64,000 nt of DNA from assembly GCA_964016885.1 (NCBI GenBank), contig OZ024758.1, positions 26,474,001 to 26,538,000 of the forward strand, in the 5' to 3' direction. The position numbers and the translations under genes were made by a program. Below, piece by piece: positions 24,741 through 38,900 of the stretch. Numbering within the stretch: position 1 is the first letter of the stretch; each line of letters opens with the position of its first letter. The stretch comes from Eledone cirrhosa (taxonomy: Eukaryota). The notes below the pieces were generated by a model. It had not been told where the DNA came from. It saw nothing but the letters and a program-made list of their open reading frames with translations, and made no database searches.

Positions 24741-26366
24741 GGAGGCACATGGCTTAGTGGTTAGAGCATTGGCCTTGCAATAGAAAGGTTGTGAGTTCAA
24801 TTCTCAGACCGGGTGATGTGTTGTGTCCTTGAGCAAGACACTTTATTTCACATTGCTCCAGTTTACTCAGCTGTAGAAATGAGATGATAGGGACTGGGGT
24901 CCCTATCATTCCACTGGAAAGTGGTCGTGGAGGTGCCACGGTTAAAAAGCACCCAGCACTCACTGTAAATGAGGTTGGTGTTAGGAAGGGCATCCAGCTG
25001 TAGAAATCAAGCCAGAATCAGTTCCCGTCCCACCCTTGCAAGCAGGGAAAAGCAGACGTAAAATGAAATAATGATGATGATATATATATCATCATCATCA
25101 TCATCATCATTTTACGTCCGCTTTTCCCTGCTTGCAAGGAAATATATGAGAAGGATTGAGTGCTGTGTGGTTGCACATGGGTTACATATGAATAAAATTA
25201 GTCCTTCATCAGTGATTTTCCAACCTTCATTGGTATTTCATCACTTCAAAAATCATATACCTCCAGTTGGTGCGAGAAATAGCTAAATAAAGCTATTGGG
25301 ACAAGTAATATAGCGTAAAGCGAGCGAGACAAGTAAACAAACAAAGATGGTATAGCAACGGAAAGGTAGGAAGAAACAAGCACATGATATCTATTCAGCT
25401 TAAGCTGGGTGAATTTCATGGGCGAGAGATATATACAGACCATCCGACATGGGTGAGGTGTGAGTGAGAAAGTACCCCACACAGGCCAAACGGGAGGAAG
25501 TGAGAGGGGGAGAAGCAGAGAGTGAGTGAGTGGAAGTGCGAGGAAGAGGCCAGTCGAGAGAAAGTGTGACTGACAGAGGGGACGAAAGAAGGTGAGAGAT
25601 ACAGAGAGAGGGGGCAAGTAGTAAGAAAGAAACAGACAAATGCATCACTCACACCTCACCATTGTTCGATGGTCTGTATATATCTCTCTCGCCCATGAAA
25701 TTCACCCAGCTTAAGCTGAATAGATATCATGTGCTTGTTTCTTCCTACCTTTCCGTTGCTATACCATCTTTGTTTGTTTACTTGTCTCGCTCGCTTTACG
25801 CTATATTACTTGTCCCAATAGCTTTATTTAGCTATTTCTCGCACCAACTGGAGGTATATGATTTTTGAAGTGATGAAATACCAATGAAGGTTGGAAAATC
25901 ACTGATGAAGGACTAATTTTATTCATATGTAACCCATGTGCAACCACACAGCACTCAATCCTTCTCATATATTTCCTTGCAAGCAGGGAAAAGCGGACGT
26001 AAAATGATGATGATGATGATATATATATCATCATCATTATTTCATTTTACGTCTGCTTTTCCCTGCTTGCAAGGGTGGGACGGGAACTGATTCTGGCTTG
26101 ATTTCTACAGCTGGATGCCCTTCCTAACACCAACCTCATTTACAGTGAGTGCTGGGTGCTTTTTAACCGTGGCATCTCCACGACCACTTTCCAGTGGAAT
26201 GATAGGGACCCCAGTCCCTATCATCTCATTTCTACAGCTGAGTAAACTGGAGCAATGTGAAATAAAGTGTCTTGCTCAAGGACACAACACATCACCCGGT
26301 CTGAGAATTGAACTCACAACCTTTCTATTGCAAGGCCATGCTCTAACCACTAAGCCATGTGCCTCC
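24741..26366. repeat. Large inverted duplication (~725-bp arms, 177-bp spacer) including a SINE
   Basis: Arms 24741-25467 and 25645-26366 are near-identical. Paired ORFs 25071+/26037- confirm this. Confidence 0.93.
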
Positions 26367-26852
26367 ATTATATGTATGTATATATATATATTGGTAAACG
26401 GAAAAGAAAATGCTGACAAATTGTTCACAGTTGAAAAATGGTTTAATTAGGAATAAAAGAGTATTAGTGATTGTATGGGTTAGTATTCAGTTGTGGTTTT
26501 AAGTTTTTACCGGTTGCGCATTTCTAAATGCTTTTCAAAAATAATTTTGAGATAGAGTGTCCGTGCTGTTTGCTCTGATCTGATTAGTTTTGGGAATTCT
26601 ACCTGTTTTTATGTTAAAAAAGTGGCTCCAGCGTTATTTTTGTGTTGCTAAAATGCTTGTGGTCAAAACAATTTTGATTGGTCGGTAAAGGTCATGTGAA
26701 TGTAAAAAGTTGATTTTGCGCCAAGACTGTTTTTATGTTAAAAAAGTGGCTCCAGCAAAAATTCTTGGTCAAAACAATTTTGATTGGCCGGTAGAGGTCA
26801 TGTGGATAAAAAATTGGATTTGCGCCAAGATTGAGAAATGACTCTTTCACAA

Positions 26853-26899
<47 letters not shown>

Positions 26900-27526
26900 T
26901 AGTAGTAGTAGTAGTAGTAGTAAGGTGTTCGATGCTGCGACAATGGCCAGCAGCGATGTGTGTCAAATGGCTATTAAGATAAGTGTGTGTGTGTGTGTGT
27001 ATAGCAGAGTAATTCGATGGTCAGTAAGAATTTGTCTGAAAGCAATGGGGGGTATTTTAGCATGTCAAAAGATATTTTTCAGCTTTTGTCTTATACGGAG
27101 AAGTGTGTGTGTGTGTGTGTGTGTATAAGTCTCTTTGTATGTTGATGTACGCGTGTGTATGTGTTTGTGTATATATGTGTGTATGTGTGTGTGTGTGTGT
27201 GTGGGTGGACCAGTATTTTTTTCCTCCCTGGTAAAATGGTGTACATTATTCGATTTTTTTTCAGTAAAATCGGTTCTCTTAATAGAACATCAAAAATCTT
27301 AACAATAAAAGGTGTGAAATGATATTCACTATATATATATACACATACATATATTCATTACATATATATATATATATACACATATACATACATATATATG
27401 CACATATATTTTTTTGTATTGCACCATAGAGCATGTGTGTTTACGTGTGTCATTGTGTTTATATGTGGGTAGAGATGTGTGCTGATGTAGGTATGTATGT
27501 TGACGTGTGTATGTTGTGGGTTCGTC

Positions 27527-27975
27527 TTAGGGAGAAGTGTTTAGACGGGGTCCGTATTTGTTAATGAAGTAAGATTCCTTGCTGATGCGCTGGGTGTGGG
27601 TGGCATTATCTTTAAATTTGTAGAGGGGAAAGATTCTGAAGTTGGGATGATTTTGGGCGGCACAGGTATCAATGTGTTCACTCAGTGGTATTTTCCTGTA
27701 TTCCCGTATTTTAATTTGGGATCTATGGACAGTCATGCGTTGGCGGAGGCTGTTTTTGGTCTGGCCTATGTATTGTTCTCGACAACCTGAACAAGTTAAT
27801 ACATATATTAGATTTTCCGATGCACATGTGAAATTGTGTTTTACTATAAAACGTTGTCCATCTTTGAAATAGAATTCTGAACCCTCTATTAGGTTGATGC
27901 AAATGCCACAGTTGGGTCTATCGCATTTTTTTACTGTGGGTTTCGTTGTTGTGGTTGGCAGTACTTTGGCATATA
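27527..27975 (-). pseudogene. Penelope-like element GIY-YIG endonuclease remnant
   Basis: [47 protein letters not shown]...LN is a GIY-YIG domain with the Cys-rich linker typical of PLEs. 5' truncated at a microsatellite. Confidence 0.88.
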
Positions 27976-28052
27976 TACATATAACGGTGATGATGATGAT
28001 GATGATGATATACATACATACATATATACATACATACATATATACATACATG

Positions 28053-28096
<44 letters not shown>

Positions 28097-28136
28097 CATA
28101 CATACATACATACTTATATATACATACATACATACA

Positions 28137-28209
<73 letters not shown>

Positions 28210-28211
28210 GT

Positions 28212-28543
28212 GAAGGCACATGGCTTAGTGGTTAGAGCATTGGGCTTGCAATCGAAAGGTTGTTAGTTCAATTCTCAGACCGGGTGATGTGTTGTTTCCT
28301 TGAGCAAGACACTTTATTTCACATTGCTCCAGTTTACTCAGCTGTAGAAATGAGATGATAGGGACTGGGGTCCCTATCATTCCACTGCAAAGTGGTCGTG
28401 TAGGCACCACAGGAAAAAAGCACCCAACACTCACTGTAAATGAGGTTGGTGTTAGGAAGGGCATCCAGCTGTAGAAATCAAACCAGAATCATTTCCCGTC
28501 CCACCCTTGCAAGCTGGGAAAAGCAGACGTAAAATGATGATGT
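28212..28543 (+). mobile_element. SINE family A copy (another with a variant tail at 28930-29325)
   Basis: Same head, core and tail as other copies. Confidence 0.88.
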
Positions 28544-30239
28544 TGATATTTAAACCTTCAGCATATAAATCGGCCATTCTCTCATCTCTTTCTATTCAAA
28601 CTGGCCATAACTGGCCGCTCATACTGATGTTAAGGTATTGTTCTCAAAATGAACAATATCAAAATCTCGTAAATTCGATATTATGTGTGATAAAGCCTTT
28701 ACTGCAGAAATACAATAGTAAATATAGAGTAATGTAAATGCTAAAGGGTTAAACATTCATAGAATTTATCCAAGTTTATAGGAAACATTCATTACTTCCT
28801 TGGTACTTTAATTTGAAATTAGAACAGCAAAATTACGAACAAAAGTATTCCTACCAAAACCATCCTATCTTTTCATATATCAAGTTTGTCCTATGTGGGT
28901 TGTTTAAGACAGTAATTGTGGTTGACATAAGGCGCATGGCTTAGTGGTTAGAGCATTGAGCTTGCAATCGAAAGGTTGTGAGTTCAATACTTGGACCAGG
29001 TGATGTGTTGTTTCCTTGAGCAAGACACTTTATTCCACATTGCTCCAGTTTACTCAGCTGTAGAAATGAGATGATAGGGACTAGGGTCCCTATCGTTCCA
29101 CTGTAAAGTGGACATGTAGGCACCATGGCAAAAAAAGCACCCAGCACTCACTGTAAATGAGGTTGGTGTTAGGAAGAGCATCCTGCTGTAGAAATCAAGC
29201 CAGAATCAGTTCCCGTATGAGCAAGACAAGGTCAGCCAACCGGACACTGCCCACAACAGGACAACCCGTCTAACCCATGCTAGCGCAGAAGAACGGACAT
29301 AAAACGGTGATGATGATGATGATGATCCAGCTGTAGAAACCAAGCGTAAATCAACTCCGGGTGAGCAAAACGCGGTCCTCTTATCTGATTCTCTCCCAAA
29401 GGGTTAGCCCATCCTACCCATGCTAGCGTGGAAAATGGACTTTGAACGATGATAATGATGATGATGATGATGATGATAGTAGGGTATGATTTGAGATTTG
29501 GCTGCTATGTTTAGTAGGTCAAGTGACAATGTAGAAGAGCTCTCTCATTTGTTAATTAGGGTTGATGTTGAGCTAAATAACAATAACTAATGGAACACAG
29601 GAAACTGAACTCGTGATTATTGTTCCTATTTAGTTAAAGTATTATGAAATTTTTTAATAATACATTCCTTGCAGACAACCAAAAGTTATGTTATTATAAT
29701 TCTCTTGGTGGTGGGTTGGCAGCAATCGGTAAAGGGTCGGACAGCATGCTTTGGCTTCAAATCCCGCCAAGGTTAGCTTTGCCTTTCATCCTACGGGGTT
29801 GATAAAGTAAAATACCAGTAATACACTGGGGTGGATTTAATAGACTTTCCCTTCTCCCCAAATTGCTGGCCTTGTGCCTAAAGTAGAAATTATTGTTATT
29901 CATTCAAGGGCGGTGGATTGGCAGTATCGGTAGAGGGTCTGACGCCATGCTCTACATGTCGGACTACAGCAGATTTCTTCCAGAGGAAATTAGAAAGAGA
30001 TATAGAGGAAGAATCCACCCCAGTACTTGACTGGTACTTTTTTTTATCGACCACGAAAGGTTAAAAGGCAAAGTTGACCTCGGCGGGATTTGAACTCAGA
30101 GAGCAGAAACGAATACCATAAAGTGTTCTAACGGCTCTGCCAATTTGCCACCCAGTAGAAGGAAGACGCAGTAGAGGTAGACCACGAAAAACATGGCCGG
30201 AGGTGGTGAGAGCAGACCTCATCATCATCATCATCATCA

Positions 30240-30617
30240 TCATCATTTTATGTCCGCTTTTCCCTGCTTGCAAGGGTGGGACGGGAACTGATTCTGGCTT
30301 GATCTCTACAGCTGGATGGCCTTCCTAACACCAACCTCATTTACAGCGAGTGCTGGATGCTTTTTAACCGTGGCACCTCCACGACCACTTTACAGTGAGA
30401 GCTGGGTGCTTTTTAACCGTGGCACCTCCACGACCACTTTCCAGTGGAATCATAGGGATCCCAGTCCCTATCATCTCATTTCTACAGCTGAGTAAACTGA
30501 AGCAATGTGAAATAAAGTGTCTTGCTCAAGGAAACAACACATCACCCGGTCTGAGAATTGAACTCACAACCTTTCGATTGCCAGGCCAATGCTCTAACCA
30601 CTAAGCCATGTGCCTCC
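30240..30617 (-). mobile_element. SINE family A copy with duplicated internal module
   Basis: Same consensus, with the CACTTTACAGTGAG..GGCACCTCCACGAC module present twice. Confidence 0.88.
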
Positions 30618-30729
30618 ATATTATGTATATGTATATTTATGTATATATCTAAAAACCCAAACAGAGAGTGCCATGAAAAAAAGGGCTTCAAAGCAGGAAG
30701 AAATGAGGCAAAATGGGGAGATTTTACAT

Positions 30730-31801
30730 AATTGTTTCTACCTTTGGCACAAGGCCAGCAATTACCCAGTACATTACTGGTACTTTATTTTATCGACCCC
30801 GCAAGGATGAAAGGCAAAGTCAACCTCGGCGGGATTTGAACTCAGATCGCAAAGGGACGTAACTATGCTGGAAAGCATGGCGTCCGACCCTCTACCGATA
30901 CTGCCAATCCACCACATAATGAAAGCTAAACCCATTTTCACAAGAGAAGACATCTCTCACTCACCCTAAAGGCTATTGCAAATCTCCCCCATCAGACAGG
31001 GAGGGTTAACAGATGTGTGTATATGTCTTCAAGTTGATAACACATAAAATATGTTGCTGATTCTTAATGTCCCACAGCTTGATGGTTCAATGGTTGAAGA
31101 TCAGTGGCAAAGTACGAGGGGCAGCTGAAGAATCCATACACGGACCAAGATACTCTCATGGAATGACTAAATGAGGTTTATTTTTCAACATAGTCCCAGG
31201 AAAAAAAAATGCTGTCATTAATAAGAAGAGTTGAAATTAATTGTTTCTACGTTTGGCACAAGGCCAGCAATTATCCCAGTACATTAACCTCGGTGGGATT
31301 TGAACTCAGAATGGAAAGGGCCGTAACTCTATGCGTTAAAGCAAGGCGTCCGACCCTCTACCAATACTGCCATTGTTAATAATTGTTTCTACGTTTGGCA
31401 CAAGGCCAGCAATAACCCAGTACATTACTGGTACTTTATTTTATCGATCCCGTAAGGATGAAAGGCAAAGTTAATCTCGGCGGGATTTGAACTCAGAATG
31501 GCAAGGGCCGTAACTCTATGCGTCAAAGCAAGGCGTCCGACCCTCTACCAATTCTGCCATTGTTAATAATATCAAATACAATAAAAAATAAAATAATTTC
31601 AATCTCATAATAATTGTTTCTACGTTTGGCACAAGGCCAGCAATTACCCCAGTGCATTACTGGTACTTTATTTCATTGACCCCGTAAGGATGAAGAACAA
31701 AGTTAACCTCGGCAGGATTTGAACTCAGAACGTAAAGAGCCATAACTCTATGCTGCAAAGCATGGTGTCTGACGCTCCACCGATACTGCCAATCCACCGC
31801 C
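30730..31801 (-). mobile_element. Cluster of four SINE family B copies
   Basis: Copies at about 30730-30913, 31238-31372, 31380-31560 and 31611-31801. Confidence 0.85.
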
Positions 31802-31824
31802 CGAACAATCATAATAATATATTA

Positions 31825-32451
31825 TCTCTATATATAAAACTGAAGATGTCTGTGTTTGTGTCTGAGTTTGAATCCCTAAAACTCGAGAAGTACCCAACCG
31901 ATCTTTTTCAAACTTTACATGTGTATTACTTATGTTTCAGGGAGTGTTATACACATAAAACAATTTAACTTTTTGATCCCCTAGGGCCCGCATTAGGTGA
32001 AAAACTGCGTTTTTTCAGCTTCTTAGGGGTTTTTTGAGGCGTTACATCAGTCTGATTTCCTTTAAATTGTAACTATGTCTCTTCATCATTTCTTGAGCAA
32101 AGAAAATCCAACTTTTTTATGGACTAGGCCCCGCATTAGGTGAAAAACTTCATTTTTTCAGCTTTTTAGGGCCTTTTTGAGGCGTTACGTCTAGCCGATT
32201 TTCCCGAAATTTCAAGGCATATTATGCACATAAAAAAAATTCCTTTTCTTGATCCCCTAGGGCCCACATTAGGTGAAAAACCTGCATTTTTCCTACTTCA
32301 TCGAGGAAAATCTTAGATTATCCAGCCATCAGAGTATTCGGTTTATTTTCTTTACATATTGTCCAGGCATTCAATTTTTCCACGATTAGGTCTGTTGGCG
32401 GCCCGCGTTCCAAAATACCTTATCCCGTGCAACGCCGGGTACAACTGCTAG
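31825..32451 (+). mobile_element. Non-autonomous Helitron
   Basis: A|TCTCTATATATAAAA 5' end. 3' hairpin CCCGTGCAACGCCGGG then CTAG|T. Three internal copies of TAGGGCCC.CATTAGGTGAAAAA. Confidence 0.85.
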
Positions 32452-33261
32452 TACTTTATATATATATATAGAAAGATACAAAACTACAAAGTAGGCTTTG
32501 TTTATAAAGAGTGAAGATTTGAAAAATAGCTAGTAAATAGTGCTTACAGTAGCACATTGGTCCAGCAAAGATGTGGGGTTTGTATCCCATGTACGTCAAT
32601 GCTCATCCCTTTTTTTCCATTCTGAGAATATTTTAAAATCCCAACTAATAGACTAATTTACTCAGTCAAATATGGCGTGAGCACTATTTATTAGCTGTGT
32701 TACTGTACTTATGTTTAAGTACAATAAAGTTAAATCCTATTAGCATACGCCCACCCGGATATAAAATGATGATGATGATGATGGAAAAAGATATCTTGCT
32801 TTAGTCTAATCATCTGATGGTCATAACAAATGCTTTCTCTTTTAAGTGTTGCCCTTATAAAATATGAACCCAATTGAAAAAGGTTTGTAATTGCAGGACA
32901 TACATTCCATTATAATTACAGAGTATACACCCATTGGATTATTGGGTGTTCTCTGCCAAAAATAGCATCAAAAGCCAGCTGTATGACTCAGGTCTCTTTA
33001 AGAGATATTCAACTCTTCTTATCTTAATAACATCTGAGTAAACATTCATAAAAAGAATATTCTCCACTGGGATTTACATATATGAAGGTCAAAAGTTAAG
33101 GATGTGCTATGCTTTTCATTAACGACATCCATACCAACCCATTTTCGTTTTAAAACCTCCCAACATAATTTTACTTCAGAAACTTTTGTTAAATTATTCT
33201 CCAAAGATAATTTTAAAATGAAGAAAAAATTTTTTTTAAGCCCCTCAAAGTCTTCATTATT

Positions 33262-33662
33262 GTGGATTGGCAGTATCGGTAGAGGGTCAGACGCCATGCT
33301 TTCCAGCATAGTTACGTCCCTTTACGATCTGAGTTCAAATCCCGCCGAGGTTAACTTTGCCTTTCATCCTTACGGGGTCGATAAAATAAAGTACCAGTAA
33401 TGTACTGGGTAATTGCTGGCCTTGTGCCTAAAATAGAAACAATTATTAAAAGTCTTCATTATTAAAAAAAGGGTGGTGGGTTGGCAGTATCGGTAGAGAG
33501 TCGGACGCCATGCTTTGCAGCAAAGAGTTACGGCCCTTTACGGACTGAGTTCAAATCCCGCCAAGGTTAACTTTGCCTTTCATCCTTACAGGGTCGATAA
33601 AATAAACTACCAGTAATACACTGGGATAATTGCTAGCCTTGTGCCAAAAGTAGAAACAATTA
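33262..33662 (+). mobile_element. Two SINE family B copies (others at 13348-13550, 22014-22205, 29708-29890, 39677-39895, 45078-45267, 54520-54750)
   Basis: Same consensus as 7178-7553. Confidence 0.85.
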
Positions 33663-33698
33663 TATTCAAAGCCTCCTGTCACTTTCAACTATAAATCA

Positions 33699-33731
<33 letters not shown>

Positions 33732-33940
33732 GGCGACCTACGTAGTAAATCGTATCATCGTGAGCTCTGCAAAGGTTTGTTATTTCCGTTTGTTAAAAAT
33801 TGTCATTTATGGAAAAATTTATTGTTAACTGTTTATAAGCGCACATACATTGTTTTCCGAAAAGGACACCCAAAAAGATTGGGGCCTTGTGCCCAAAATT
33901 TAAACTTTTATTATTATCAAAAAATTTCTTTGAAAAAAAA

Positions 33941-35960
33941 ATGGCTAATTCACCTCTGCACGAAGCAGCTGAAAGCCTTTCTCACAAATTAACACCTCAC
34001 ACCGACACCACCATTGTAAATGTTACTACGTTTGCCAACACAAAAAAATATATAAGCACTAGCAATATTTTAAATTTGTCTCAGGCAGACATTCATTTCC
34101 CGCCATTACCAATGACTGCAGGTGTTAAAGCCTCCACCACCACCACCACCGCGACAACCACCACCCCACCACCACCGCGACAACCACCACCCCACCACCA
34201 CCGCGACAACAGAAACAAAAGAAGAAAAAAATAAATTAACTCGTGATGTCGAAATGAAATCAAGCAAAATGGACTCTTCCCCACCAAAGACGACTGACGT
34301 CACCACCACCACAACTGAAACTAAAATTAATATTAACGATAGCAACAACAACAATGACATTATAACCCCCCCCCCCTCAGTTTCGCCAGAGTAGCAAAAC
34401 AATTCGAAGCATTTACCGTAACTCAGGAAGATTTAGAAAATGCCAAACAAATGGTAAAGAAAGATGGGTACAGGGTCAGCCCCCCACCCCCACCCCACCC
34501 CACCTAATAAAATGGAGCATGGGCGCCTATGCACCGTGTTGTATAGAACAATAAATGTAAAATCGCGCCGAGTGGAACGGGCATCCGAGTCCCAAATCCA
34601 AAAAGCTTTGGGACATGTGTGGGCAAGAAAAACCCACATCAGACGTGGGCAAAAGTATGGAACCGTGGACGTGTTCTTTGAAACACCAGAGGAGGCTAGA
34701 GAACACTCCATGGCCCCATTAAAAAGTGACGACTTCACACTCGTCCCAAGCTATTGTGGCCAGAGACTCGTAAAGATCAGGGTGACCCACGTTCCACCGG
34801 CCATCGAAATTCCCTGGCTAATAGCGGCCGTCCTCGCCGGCATCGAAGCCAACACGAAAATAATAGCAATAGCAAAAGAAAAGCAGGAAAACTGGTCCGG
34901 ATCTGGGATGGAGCTCCTGATCCAAGCGGACCAAAAAAGCATTGAGGAGATCCCAGAGGTAATAGACCTCACTGACGGCAGCCACCTCACGGTAATTGTC
35001 GAGGGCAGAAAACCTAGGTGTGTCGTTTGTGGTGAAGGAACCCACCTAAGGGCTTTCTGCCCTCAGGCTAAAAGGTTGAGGCCACCTCTCCTACCCACCC
35101 CAGTGACACAACCATCAACACCACCAGTAGCAGAGATGGCAGCAACAACTGTAGCAGCAACAACAGAAGCAACTATAACAGCAACAACCCAGCAACAGTA
35201 GCAAAACCAACACCACCACCACCAGCAGCAAAACCAACACCACCACCACCCAACGCTTCAGAACTAGCACCAGCGCCTACACCATCCACCACGCCACAAC
35301 CAAAACTAACGGCTGTGGAGGATTTTCCACTCCCCGGCCTATCACAACTGGAGACAGATTGTGACGACGAGGAGTGGGAAACGATATCCGGAAAAAAAAA
35401 AAAAAGAAACCAAAAAAGAAAAAATTCTCTTCCTTCCCCCTCCAAAAACAAAATACAGAGGGAAACAAATAAATTAAGAAACAAAAAAGTTAGGACAGAT
35501 ATGCCACCATCCACACCAGCATCACCAACCCCATCAACCCAAACACCAACACCATCACCATCATTAACCCCAACACCACCATCACCTACACCACAAAAGT
35601 CACCAAAATGCGAAACAGAAACAAACCCACAACAAACGCAAACAAAACAAAACAACCAAAACGATACACACTACACAGCATTAAATTTGAACAACAAGCA
35701 ATTATTACACTACATCCAACACAACACCAGCATCACAGAAAAAGACTACACAACAACCCCAAAATTCACACCACCTCCACACATATAAATCACTCGCACC
35801 ACACAGAAAACGTACATGACACTAAAACAAAAATTCCCCAAAGACATCGGAGACTTCCGACAAGCACTCTCCAGGAGGATTTATAAGGACATCCTTCCTG
35901 AGGAGGCCACAAGCAGTGAAAAGGATGGAAAAACCGTCCTTCCCCTACGAGAAGTAAGGT
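33941..35960 (+). pseudogene. Frameshifted ORF1 (gag-like) of the Tx1-like LINE
   Basis: ATG at 33941. Fragments 33887-34234, 34122-34394, 34464-35201 and 35315-35788 lie in different frames. CCHC knuckle CVVCGEGTHLRAFC and Pro/Thr-rich linkers. Confidence 0.8.
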
Positions 35961-35996
35961 AAGTGGTCTTTCCCATCTTTTCCACTCCTTTTCAAC

Positions 35997-38900
35997 ATGA
36001 CCTCACTCAGAATAGGCAGCATAAATGCGCGTGGTTTGGGGTCGTCATGGAAGCAGGGCCACCTGCTCAACGACCTCAGGTCACTAAACATAGATGTAGT
36101 GGCCATCAGCGAGACCAGAATCTCCGAAGCACAGGCTTTCGCACCGATCTTCGGCGGCTACGATGTGTACGCATCTCCCAGCCGTCCGGGATCGGGGGGA
36201 GGAGTTGCTGTGCTTTTTCGGAGAGGTTTGGATCTTGCCATACTGGCCATCTTCCTGGACCCAGAAGGTAAGTTGGTGGTGCTGGACGTGACCAGCGGAG
36301 ATGGGAAAGCTTTCAGGTTAGTGGCCGTCTATGCCCCGACAGGAGCAGGGCGGCCTGATTTCTTCCGGCGTCTGGAGACCTTTCTTGGAACGTCCCGCTC
36401 TTTAGTGTTAGTGGGCGACTGGAACGGGATCTTAGATGCACGCTGGGATTGTGTGGGATTAGTGGATAAGGAAGGAGGGTGCAAGAGTCTCACCAACCTG
36501 CTCAGACGTTTTGAACTGTCTGACAGGTACCGAATGGATTTCCCGAATGTACCAATGTGGACTTGGACAAATCGCATAGGGTCATCCAGATCATATCTAG
36601 ATAGAGTATTTTGTAGGGAAATAGATAGGTCTAGCATAGGCTGTCCACAATTCAAGATAGTCAGCTACACGGACCACAAATTCGTGATCTGTGTGCTTGA
36701 CTTAGATAGGCTTCATAGACAAGGACCCGGCTACTGGAAGCTAAACGCGTCCTTACCAGCGCGCAAGGCCTACAGAGACCGGATTAGCGAACTAGTTAAG
36801 CGGGCGTTGACGGGGGCCATCGTCAACAAGTGGTGGTTTGCTCTGAAAAGAGCAATTAGAATAGAGTCCATTAGGTTTAGTAAGACTTTAGCAATAGAGA
36901 AAAATAGAGCAAAGGGAGAAATAGTTAGAAAATTAGATGAGGCGCTTAGCAAAGGCATCGCGACCGACGTACTTGCGGCGAAATTGGCCCTTGACCAATT
37001 CTTCAATGCAAAGCACGAAGGCTGCGTTGTCAGAGCTAGGGTGCGTGCTCTCAGACACGAGGGGACGAAAGCCGTTCAATGGGCCCGAGTGGCGGAGGCG
37101 CGTCGTGGCAACAAAGCCACGATCCGGTCTTTGGTGGACCACGACGGGCGCATGCTACTCGATCCCGGGCAAATGTGTGAAGCTTTTCAGCGACGCTTCG
37201 CTCAACTGTTCGGGGGCAGTGGCGGGCCGGATCGAGGGATGGACTTTAGTGTCTACCTCGACGGACTGCCGCGGCTTTCGGCCACTGAGGCGGAGTGTTG
37301 CGAAAAGCCGATAACAACCGCTGAAGTACGGGATGCAATGACTAGTTGCACAAGGGGTAAATCGCCTGGTTTGGATGGTCTGCCCTATGAACTTTACGTA
37401 CAAATGCCAAACTTGTTCGGAGGCCTCTTGGCGGACGTCTACTGCAACTGGCAACAGAACGGGAGAATTCCCAGCTCTGTGAGCCGAGGAGCGGTGGCGC
37501 TGCTGAGAAAGGATCCGAACAAGGGGGATAACATAGATAATTTTAGGCCCATAACTCTGCTAAACACAGAGTTCAAGATTTTGGCCAAGGTGCTAGCAAA
37601 GAGGTTGGCGCTTGTCGTTGGTGGTCTGGTGGGAGAGGCACAGACATGCGCCATTCCCGACAGATCCATCCACGACAACCTCCACCTCATGCGATACATC
37701 GTAGAGAGGGTAGCTAGGGAACCTGGCACGGGTGGGTCTTTGATCAATTTAGATCAGTCGAAAGCCTTCGATAGGGTCGACCATCGTTACCTAGCGGCAG
37801 TCCTGAGGGCGGCTGGCTTTGGGCTCGTCTTCAGAGGCTGGATCGCTGCCATGCACAGCGACATCTGCTCTGTAGTGAGAGTGAACGGTCACCTTTCGGA
37901 ACCGTTCAACATCATGCGCTCGGTCCGCCAAGGATGTCCCCTCTCGTCCCTGTTGTACGTATTGACTCTCGAGCCATTACTGCACAAACTGGAGACGTTG
38001 AGGGGGGTCCCGCGCGAACTAGGATGCGGAAGATCCGTGTCAGCATATGCCGACGATGTCACCGTAGTGGTGTCAAACGCCAAACACATCGAGGCGATCG
38101 GCACTACACTAAGAGAATACGAAGCGGTGACAGGAGCAATGATCAACCAGGAAAAGTCAGTGGGCCTGCAGCTCGGCACCTGGAGAGGCAGGTCCATGCC
38201 GTCCAACAGCGTCGTCGGGCGCTGGACGGACGGACCGGTTAAATTGCTAGGGGTCTGGTTCGGTCCAGACCTCCAGACGGACAAAAACTGGGACGAGGTG
38301 ACGAGCAGGGTGGCTTCCCTCACCCAGAAATGGGCCGAGAGGAAGCTATCCCTGAAAGGTCGAGCGGAGGTGGCGAATGCGTACATCGCATCCGTCATCT
38401 ACTACCGCCTGACCGTCGTACCTTGTCCTAAGCCCCGCCTGACTGCGCTGGAGCGTTTGCTCTTTTGCTTCTTGTGGAAGGGACGCGCTCCGATGGTCAG
38501 GCGGTCCATCTGCTGTCAACACCCGCTACGTGGAGGGCTGGGCATGCCGTGGCTGATGATGCGCAGACACGCGCTCAGGCTACGACATCTCCACCTCTTC
38601 CTCGACGGTGATCAGGTGTGGTCGCCGTTTGCGAGACACGTTTTTCCCCAGCTCGTCTCCTTGACGGAGCTGCAGTCCTGGGTCAAGCGAAGACCGAGAG
38701 GGAGCGCTTGGAGACTGGAATGTCTTCAGGCGCTCACAGCCCTCGACCAATCGGACAATGTGATCGGTGGAAACTCCACCTTGGCGTTCTATAGGGGATT
38801 AGTGTAGGGGAAGAGCGACGACGTACTTGGAGAAACTCTAGGCGTCGACGAAAATCAACTAGCCAATCTCTTCGGAAGGACTTTCGGGCCGGGGCCTATG

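Noticed and set aside
25900-25975. CTGATGA followed by a possible stem in the large inverted duplication
   Set aside because: No GAAA/stem III/UH downstream.
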